Source of the DNA: Thecamonas trahens ATCC 50062
Lineage: Eukaryota > Protista > Apusomonadida
DNA: 64,000 nt
Direction of reading: 5' to 3'
Assembly: GCF_000142905.1 (NCBI RefSeq)
Contig: NW_013657670.1
Coordinates: forward strand, 1-64,000
This document shows positions 55,157 through 64,000 of this stretch, in pieces. Made by a program: the position numbers and the translations under genes. The notes beneath the pieces are model-generated. The model saw nothing but the letters and a program-made list of their open reading frames with translations, was not told the origin of the DNA and made no database searches. Within the stretch, counting starts at the first letter, position 1. Every line of letters begins with the position of its first letter.

Positions 55157-56713
55157 ATGGCTGCCACGTCTCGGTGCCAAGCTGAGACAGAGCCGCTTCT
55201 CAGCACAGAGGGCTCGCTACAAGCGTCGGCGTCTGTCACCTGCCCCGCCCAGCAGCCGCGGCCCGAGGAGCTTAGGCATGCGCCGACGCCGCGTCGCGAA
55301 CTGTCGCTGCAACTGATGCTGGCGGCACCTGTGGCCTTTACTGTACTCTGCCGCGTCGGCATGATGTTGACCGATCTGGCGGTGCTGGGCCACTTGTCGG
55401 GCTCGGCGCTGGCGGCGGCGTCGGCGGCGCTCATCTGGATGAACGTTGTGCTCTCGCCGATCTTTCGCGGCTTTGCGCCTGCGCTCAACGTGCTCTCCGC
55501 TCAGGCGCTCGGCGCCGACAACCCGGCCCTGGCTGGCCAGTGGGCGCTGATTGCAGTGCTGGCGTGCTCGGGCTATGGCGTGTGCGTCGGAGCAGCGTGG
55601 TGGTGGGGCGAGGCTGTTCTTCTCGGCATCGGCGCAGACCCGGCCATCGCCGCTGAGGCCGGCGTGTTCATGCGGTACTCGCTGCTGTGGACCGTGCCGA
55701 CCATGGGCTATGAGCTGCTGCAATCATTTTTTCGCGCCCACGAGGACGTGCTCCCGGCCATGGTGATCAACGCTGCAGGCCTCGTCTTCAACCTCGCCGC
55801 CAACGTAGTCCTCGTCCACGGCGCCGGCTCCTGGGCCGGCATGGGCTTTGTCGGCTCGCCACTCGCTACCGCCGCTTCGCGCTGGGTAGTCTTTGTCGGC
55901 TACGCAGTATACATGTGGGCAACGCGACGCGCATATCTCAAATCTGCTACGCCGGGCTTTAGCTGGGCTTGGATGAGCCGGGCGCGGCTGGTAACCTACA
56001 CGCTCGAGCAGGCGCTCCCACTCTCGCTCTCGGGCCTCATCGAGGAGCTTCAGTTCCAGGTGCTGGCCGTGATGGCGCTTGATCTCGGCGCGGTGGAGAT
56101 CGCGACCAACAACGCCATGTTTGTCCTGTTCTTCTTCCTCGACTCGGCCATGCTCGGCCTCTTCACGGCGTGCTCCATCCGGGTGGGCCGGCTGCTGGGG
56201 TGTGGTCTGCCTCAAGCGGCGCGGCGGGCAGGCGTCGTCACGTTCGGCCTCTCCATGGTTGTTGGCGGCGCTGTGAGCCTCGCGCTGTACCTCCTCCGCG
56301 CTCAGCTGGGTAAGATTGTCTCAAGCGATCCGGCTATCTGGAGTGAGGCCGAGTCGATCGCCCGGCTCCTTGCCATCTCCTACATCCTCATCGGTGTCTT
56401 CTACACCTGCATGGCTATCCTCGACGGCCAGGCGCGGCCGCTTCCGGTCGCCCTTGCCTTTTTCGTCGGCGCTTGGCTCGTCTGTATCCCGCTCGCCTAC
56501 GTCTTTGTCTTCAGAGACCACCGCGGGCTCCGCGGCATCTGGCTCTCTATGGTCATCGGCTACTCGGTCGTCACCACTATTGCCGCTGGCTTTGTGGTCA
56601 CCTCGGACTGGTCGGCTCTTGCCGACGTGGCGCGGATCCGCTCCGAGTGCAAGGTCAAGCCGGAGCCGGAGCCGGAGCTGGTAGCCGCGGCACGCGGTTC
56701 GAGCCTAGCCTGA
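55157..56713 (+). CDS. MATE family efflux transporter
   Basis: TDLAVLGHL..LAAAS, SAQALGA, MGFVGSPLAT, SIRVGRLLG, GLRGIW; about 12 TMs. Confidence 0.9.
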   Translation: MAATSRCQAETEPLLSTEGSLQASASVTCPAQQPRPEELRHAPTPRRELSLQLMLAAPVAFTVLCRVGMMLTDLAVLGHLSGSALAAASAALIWMNVVLSPIFRGFAPALNVLSAQALGADNPALAGQWALIAVLACSGYGVCVGAAWWWGEAVLLGIGADPAIAAEAGVFMRYSLLWTVPTMGYELLQSFFRAHEDVLPAMVINAAGLVFNLAANVVLVHGAGSWAGMGFVGSPLATAASRWVVFVGYAVYMWATRRAYLKSATPGFSWAWMSRARLVTYTLEQALPLSLSGLIEELQFQVLAVMALDLGAVEIATNNAMFVLFFFLDSAMLGLFTACSIRVGRLLGCGLPQAARRAGVVTFGLSMVVGGAVSLALYLLRAQLGKIVSSDPAIWSEAESIARLLAISYILIGVFYTCMAILDGQARPLPVALAFFVGAWLVCIPLAYVFVFRDHRGLRGIWLSMVIGYSVVTTIAAGFVVTSDWSALADVARIRSECKVKPEPEPELVAAARGSSLA

Positions 56714-56719
56714 GTCGCG

Positions 56720-57994
56720 CTACTGACGCTTGCCGCGACCGACGCGATGAAGGGTGGCAATGACCTGGGCGGCGGCGCTCGGCAGGCTCGCCACGTTGTA
56801 GGCGAGGCCGTGCCTCGCGGCAAAGGCGGTGATCCGCGGCGCAATGCGCGGGTAGTTGTGGCGCGGCATGGCCGGGAACAGATGATGCTCGATCTGATAG
56901 TTGAGGTGGCCGGTGAACCAGTCGGCGACCGCACCTGGGCTGAGGTTCTGGGTGGCGTCAAACTGGGCGGCGACCCACGACTTGGGCGAAGCCTGCGACC
57001 GCATCGAGACGATGCCCATGGGAAAGTGGTTCATGGCCGTGACCCAGGTGAACCACATCGACTCCAGCACACGGACCGCAAAGTAGAGGCCCGCCGCGCC
57101 CCAGAACGTGTGCCCACTCCACCCCATGTGCACGCCCCAAAACCGCGGCAGGTATGAGAGACCGAGCACAAGATCGAGCCACAGCCCACGCTTGACGCAG
57201 TCGACGATGTTAGTGATGAGAAAGACGACAGTGGTGACCAGTGGTGGGCCAAGAAGCCACCAGTACCAGCCCTGTGCAAAGGTGCCGGCCCAGCCCATCT
57301 CCTCCTCGGACATGACCTCGTCGAAGAGGAAGAGTGGCTCGTTGTGGACGTCCGGGTCGGCGTGCAGATGGTTTGGCTTGGCGTGATGTCGGTTGTGCCG
57401 TGACCGCCACCACGGCGACGACGCGCCTTTGAAGCCAGCCATCAGCACCTTGTGAGCCGCAATGTTCATCCATCGCGCCTTGAACACCGCCAAATGGCCA
57501 AAGTCGTGTTGCAGCCAGCCCGACTGGATCTGCGCCGTAGCAAGCACCGCCGCTGCCACCCAGAACAGCACCCACGACCCGCTCATTGCCGCCATCGTCG
57601 AGAGCCACACACCGCCCATCTCCATCGCCACAATAATCGCCAGCTGGAGAAGAAAGAAGCCCGGCTCGGCGTCAAACATGCCTTCAGCAGCAAGCTCTCG
57701 ACGAAGAGCGCGGAAGGAGGAGGTCACATCATCGTCGCCCTCAACCTCTACAGACTCGATTCGACGAGGCGCCATCGTTCCAATCTCAAGCGCAGGCAGC
57801 ATAGCGGTAGCCTTCCTGCCCGGATGAAATGCATCAAAGGCATCAGTGGCGTCTTGACCGAGGTAGTAGGTGAGGACCTTGCCGCCCGGATGGCGGGCAA
57901 TGAACTCGCTCACATCGTACACTCTGCCGGAGATGGCCAGCAACTTGCCGCCCTTGCGCAGCTCGTCTTGGCTGTACACACGCTCGTCCTTCAT
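56720..57994 (-). CDS. Front-end (delta-5/6/8) fatty acid desaturase with cytochrome b5 domain
   Basis: HPGG, HDFGH, HNRHH, QIEHH. Confidence 0.95.
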   Translation of the reverse strand: MKDERVYSQDELRKGGKLLAISGRVYDVSEFIARHPGGKVLTYYLGQDATDAFDAFHPGRKATAMLPALEIGTMAPRRIESVEVEGDDDVTSSFRALRRELAAEGMFDAEPGFFLLQLAIIVAMEMGGVWLSTMAAMSGSWVLFWVAAAVLATAQIQSGWLQHDFGHLAVFKARWMNIAAHKVLMAGFKGASSPWWRSRHNRHHAKPNHLHADPDVHNEPLFLFDEVMSEEEMGWAGTFAQGWYWWLLGPPLVTTVVFLITNIVDCVKRGLWLDLVLGLSYLPRFWGVHMGWSGHTFWGAAGLYFAVRVLESMWFTWVTAMNHFPMGIVSMRSQASPKSWVAAQFDATQNLSPGAVADWFTGHLNYQIEHHLFPAMPRHNYPRIAPRITAFAARHGLAYNVASLPSAAAQVIATLHRVGRGKRQ

Positions 57995-58116
57995 CTGTCT
58001 GTGGTGGAGGGGCGAGGGTGGGGGATGGTGGCGTAGAGTGGTGGGCTGGGGATGAGGTCATGCGTGTGGGCGGAGTTGCGGGGGGAGGAGGGGAGGGGAG
58101 CGTGGCAGGATTCGAG

Positions 58117-58235
58117 ATGGGCGCGATGGCAATGGCGATGGCGATGGCGATAGTGATGGCGATGGCGATGGCAATGGCAATGGCGATAGCGATAGCGTTG
58201 GCGATGATGACAGTGATGGTGATAGCGATGGCGAT
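58117..58235. repeat. Degenerate (ATGGCG)n hexamer microsatellite upstream of the desaturase
   Basis: ATGGCG/ATGGCA/ATAGCG units. Confidence 0.8.
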
Positions 58236-58547
58236 GTTGAGCTGGTGGGCCTTTGCTGCGATCAGAGCCGACTGACATTGCACTTGCATCTGCTCCGCCT
58301 ACCTTACTCCCGCTGCCTTTCACCTGCCTCACTCCTGGTCCGATCCGTATGACCGCGGGCAGGCCTTAACAAACCAGAAATAGCCAAGCTGTCCTCCTTG
58401 ATCAAGGCCATGATCCAACCCCCCCCCCCCCCCCCCCCCTCCCCCCACATTGGCCATCGGGACTGGCACACCGCAAGATCACGACCGAGGGAGCCGAGGC
58501 CCCCAGACCACGCCACACTGCACTCGCTGTGAGGAGGTGTTCAGAGC

Positions 58548-60509
58548 ATGAACTTCCAATATGCTCTTGCCACCAACATTGTAGAGCATTTGTTCTCTGA
58601 CACAGCTGTAGTACGTACCATCATTTCCCCTCTCCCGTCCACACCGCCACACCAGTCGTGTCGGGCCATGCCAGCCGTGTCGGCCATCGAAGCCACTCCC
58701 GCCAGCCCCTCCCCCCGCGCACACACACCGCTCACTCACACCACCGTCATCTCTCTCAACACAGTGCGTATATGACACGTTGGTGAAGCGGCAAGATCAG
58801 AGCCATGCTCAACTGGTGGCGACTACAAACTTGTCGTCGCCAGAGGTCTCGGCTGCTCTGGCCGACCTCATTCCCTTTCGGCTTGTCGGCGTGCGGTATC
58901 CGGACAAGGCTGCCTCGCTCGAGCCCGGCGCTCCAAAGCAGGACAAGTCGTCATCTCGCAAAAAGAAGCCCATCACTTTTCGCGCCATCACAGCCATGCC
59001 CGAGCTCCTCCTCCTCCAGCCGCGGTTCGTCGATCTGGTCCGCCGTGCCTATGGCGAGGCCGCGGCACTGGCCCTTGATGCCTGGTTCCATCTCGGCCTT
59101 GTCCACGAGTCCGAGTTCATCTCCAGCCTCGCCACCCTCGCGCCGCACCTGCCCAAGTTTGCCGACCCGGAGCTGATGGCCAAGATCGAGACTGGCTTTG
59201 CCAAGCTCCTTGGTCACAACCTCCTTGTCCACACCGGCCGCCCGATGCTCTTCACTCCGGACATGCTCCCGCGCAAACCGACCAAGTCGCAGCAGGCTGC
59301 CGCCGCCGGCTCGCGCCGGTCCAACGCCAAACCACGCAAGGGTGCCGACGAAGACACTATCAACCTCACTGGCGCCTCGGCCGGCCTCTCAGCCATGTTC
59401 AACGCTGTCATCGGCGGTAAGCGCAAGCGGTCGCCCACGCCGTCAGACTCGGACGATGACGATGACGACGCATCCGCCGCGCCGGCCCAGGCTCCTGTCA
59501 AACGCAACCGCGTGACCGAGGCCGCAGGCGGCCCGACCGGGCCCTTCCCACCCGCGTGCCCTACTCGTATGGCCCGTTCATCCAGCTCGAGGGCAAGCTT
59601 GTCGAGCCCAACTTTGACAAGCTCCTCAAGCTCCTCGAGTTTTCGCTCCTCGAGGCCCACTTTGTCGCTGTCGGCGGGCCTGTGGCCTCGTTTGTGTGGC
59701 AGGCGGCCCAGCCCGACATCACCACCATTGTGACCGAGACCAAGACGCTCAAGTTTGCGCCGCCCATTCCCAAGTCGCGCATCGACGACGTTGCGCTCGG
59801 CACATCCTACTCGGACGTCGAAGTTCGCATCGTCGAGGTCCTTGGCGACGACGGCGAGGTCGAGACCCGCCGTGAGGCCGTGCCAGTTGAGAAAACCGTC
59901 GACGCTGCGCTGGTCGAAAAGACCCTCGTTCGCCTCCAGCTCCTCGACATCCGCTTTCTCCGCCGCTCCAACGCCACCGGCCAGTACATTCTCAGCTTTG
60001 ACGCCGTCCGCAAGCACCTGCACGAGACCGCCACCCTCTCTATCATTCGCTCGCGCTACGGCCCGCTCGGCCTCCGCATCGTCTCGGTCCTCCGCGAGCA
60101 ACAGCACGCCGAAGAGACGGCACTCACCCGCCTCGCCATGGCAAAGCCCAAGGAAGTCCGCCTCTACCTCAACATGCTCATCAAGGATGGCTTTGTCGTC
60201 TGCCGTCAGGTCCCGCGCAACTCGGAGTTCTCCTCCAACAAGTCGTTTTATCTCTTTTCCTACGACCCGCGCCGGGCCCATCTCACCACCGCCGCCCTCG
60301 CCCGAAAGACCATGTCCAACATGCTCGTCCGCGCCAAGGCCGACACGGCCGCGCACGCCAAGCTCATCGACATGGTCCACGCCTTTGGCTCGCCAGACTC
60401 GCTCAATGACGAGGAGCGCGAGCGCTGGAGCGCCTTTGAGGCCAAGCGGAACAAGCTGTTTGACGCTGCGCTCTCGAACCGCCACCTGCTCATGGTCCTT
60501 GATATATGA
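58548..60509 (+). CDS. POLR3C: RNA polymerase III subunit RPC3 (RPC62/Rpc82); intron 58611-58764; apparent 1-nt frameshift at ~59540
   Basis: IVEHLF/CVYDTLVKR start; IIRSRYGPLGLRIV, AMAKPKEVRLYL, QVPR, SFYLF winged-helix motifs. Confidence 0.8.
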
Positions 60510-60538
60510 AAAGTGTAACAGCTCTCTACCCTTCCCCC

Positions 60539-61873
<1,335 letters not shown>

Positions 61874-61970
61874 TCAACCCAATCCAGCCATGCTTCTTCG
61901 CCCATCGATCAAACTCCCTATGATCGCATCTTCCTTCCTCCAATTGGCTACATCTGTCCTGTGCTCTTCA

Positions 61971-64000
61971 TCAACGACTCGGTGTGCTGTACGCCACGTG
62001 CCCAACAGCTCGGGCACGGTGCGGACAAGCGCCCGATGCCTCGACTACTAGGTCGAGTGCCTTGGCCAACTCGACTTTGGACGAGTCGCTGAACCCGCTC
62101 CAGTCGGCGATCCGCGCCATTCGACCACGTCCGAGCGCACCGAGAAAGACCCGCCACTCGTCGAGATCGGTGCTATTTGCCGACGGCCTCGCTCGCGGCG
62201 TGTTCGGAATGCCCACAATCCGGATGGTGAGGACGGCGTCGCCGGGAAAGTGCAGGCTCTGGGTCCGGATCTCGTCGCCTACCACCAGCGCCACATGCAC
62301 CGCTTGTCCGCCATTCGCCACCGCTTCGCGCATGACATGCCGCCCGTCCGCCACAGCCCGTTTCACGTTCCCGTCGCCATACCACCGGAGCGAGACGCAG
62401 ACCGAGCCATCAAGCGCCGTCAACCACACCATACCGGCATCGTCGATTACGTGAAAGCGGTACCCGTCTGCCAGCGACAACACTGCGTGCTCATCCCCCA
62501 GCACCGCCGCCAGTAGATCATCCCGCGCCCGCGCCGCAGCCACAAGGCCCACCTTGAACACATCACCGTCACCGTCGCCGCACGGAAACATGGTGCTGCC
62601 CGGCACGGCCGGACTCGTGGCAAACACCTCCGGCCACACGCCGCGGCCGGACCACGCTGCCACATCGCGGGTGAGCTCGTCCAAGTCGACACGGGCCAGT
62701 CGCGGTGAGACCACAAAGCTCGGGGCAATCTTGTCCACTGGCACTTCCACGCCCTCGCCACTCGCTACATACGCCCGCAGTTGAATTTGCACCCCGCTTG
62801 CACCGAGTGTGTGCCACCGGGTGCACACTCGCCCGCCCGCCGCGACAACATGCACCAGCCCAATCCGCCCGCTCGCCGAAACCTCGCCGCCGCCCTCGCT
62901 TCTGCGAACAAGCGAGACCCGCAACGCGCTGCCTGCCACGCCGCTCGCTCCGGCCCAGAGAGCAGCCAGTACATCTCGCCGAATCTCGAGCTCAAACGCC
63001 TCGTTGTAGCTCACCACCGGTTCGATTGGGCGCGCCACCGTCGAAAACGCAACGCCGTCGTACTCGATCACTGCATACTCTGCCGGTGCATTCTCTGGCG
63101 ACAGCTGCATTTCGGCAAGTGCCCGCTTGACGTTCAGCAACGTCACTTGGAGCCGTAGGCCTCGCTGCCGCGCCACTTTTGTCTCCTCGCCGATCGACTC
63201 GAGCTCGTTCTCCACTGCAGCCATCTTGGGTACCGCCACCTCGGCCACACTTCGTCCGCCGTAGTGTCGCACCACCTTGCGGAGCGCAGCGCGCTCGACC
63301 TCGCTCACCACGTCCTCGAGTGGCGCGGGTGGGCTCGCGCACGCGGTTATCGCCACCAGCACAAGGCCTGCTACGTGCCGGATCACCTCTTGACCGGGCT
63401 CGGCAAGCGCTGCAGGCGTAACTGTGGCCAGTGGCCGCTTGACGGTCACGCCCCGGGCCTCCAGCCGCGCGTTGACCGAGCCCAGCAGGAGTGACAGGTT
63501 GTGCAGCGAAGCCACTGCCCGCTGCCCGCGCCGAGGCACCTTGGGCGTATCCAGCGCGAGTCTCAGCCCACGTGCATACGCGGGAAACGTGCTGCAGTAC
63601 ACTCCAGCGAGCACGGCTCCGTCAGCCAGCGCCGCCAGCGCCAGCCGCTGACTTCCGGGTCTGGCGCGCGACTTTCGACGCGGCGTGAGACCAGCCACCG
63701 CCGCCGCACCCTCCGCCGCCTTCATCTGCCGCACAAACCACGCCACGAGGTGCACGTCGACGGGCGTCGCCGACCGCACCTCGGCTTGTGTTGCCATCAC
63801 CGAGTTGTCCGGATGCGAGAACGTCGCCGATAGTGTCACCGAGTTGGACAGCACCGACGAGTTCGAGACCGCGCTGGCCGCTGCAGCTGGCGACGACAGC
63901 ATCAGCACCTCTTCGGGATACTGTGGGCTAGCTTGGCACGAGTCGATGCCGTCGTCGGTAGAGTCGTCGTCGGAAGAGCTCGAAAAGACGCCGACCTCCC
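61971..64000 (-). CDS. Partial gene (5' end outside the window): HOOK-like calponin-homology segment + C2 domain
   Basis: Frame open to the window edge; LADGAVLA..NLSLLL..GLVLVAITAC; LQVTLL..YAVIEY..YNEAFEL..LRVSL..RWHTL. Confidence 0.6.
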   Translation of the reverse strand, partial: EVGVFSSSSDDDSTDDGIDSCQASPQYPEEVLMLSSPAAAASAVSNSSVLSNSVTLSATFSHPDNSVMATQAEVRSATPVDVHLVAWFVRQMKAAEGAAAVAGLTPRRKSRARPGSQRLALAALADGAVLAGVYCSTFPAYARGLRLALDTPKVPRRGQRAVASLHNLSLLLGSVNARLEARGVTVKRPLATVTPAALAEPGQEVIRHVAGLVLVAITACASPPAPLEDVVSEVERAALRKVVRHYGGRSVAEVAVPKMAAVENELESIGEETKVARQRGLRLQVTLLNVKRALAEMQLSPENAPAEYAVIEYDGVAFSTVARPIEPVVSYNEAFELEIRRDVLAALWAGASGVAGSALRVSLVRRSEGGGEVSASGRIGLVHVVAAGGRVCTRWHTLGASGVQIQLRAYVASGEGVEVPVDKIAPSFVVSPRLARVDLDELTRDVAAWSGRGVWPEVFATSPAVPGSTMFPCGDGDGDVFKVGLVAAARARDDLLAAVLGDEHAVLSLADGYRFHVIDDAGMVWLTALDGSVCVSLRWYGDGNVKRAVADGRHVMREAVANGGQAVHVALVVGDEIRTQSLHFPGDAVLTIRIVGIPNTPRARPSANSTDLDEWRVFLGALGRGRMARIADWSGFSDSSKVELAKALDLVVEASGACPHRARAVGHVAYSTPSR

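Overview
This window is the left end of a chromosome from a GC-rich, gene-dense, intron-poor microbial eukaryote. The TTAGGG telomere, GT-AG introns, ciliary-type WD40 protein and kinase-cyclase-kinase receptor fit an apusomonad or amoeboid protist such as Thecamonas; that identity is an inference. It opens with about 75 telomere units and about 3.5 kb of subtelomere containing a diverged duplication, then about 30 closely packed genes. Housekeeping genes include RIX1/PELP1, tomosyn, NDUFAF7, mS37, GAR1, RPC3, a CDK5-like kinase, a MAP2K, MATE, RUS1, a front-end desaturase, a nucleoside hydrolase and a CPDase. Highlights: (1) a deiodinase-like selenoprotein that the ORF track splits at an in-frame UGA, with a well-formed type II SECIS in its 3' UTR; (2) a telomere-adjacent ankyrin(~25)-kinase-TIR protein with recently duplicated repeats and an intact TIR glutamate, a candidate diversifying immune receptor; (3) a soluble P-domain-only derivative of a P4-ATPase that keeps DKTGTLT and probably ends in a lipidatable CCC; (4) an atypical tRNA-Pro(UGG) with A37 and C55; (5) a secreted six-knottin protein; (6) a receptor pairing a bacterial-type solute-binding ectodomain with kinase, dead cyclase and pseudokinase. 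Six single-base frameshifts at short homopolymers in otherwise intact genes are most likely assembly errors. All family calls come from motif recognition by eye; no searches were run.
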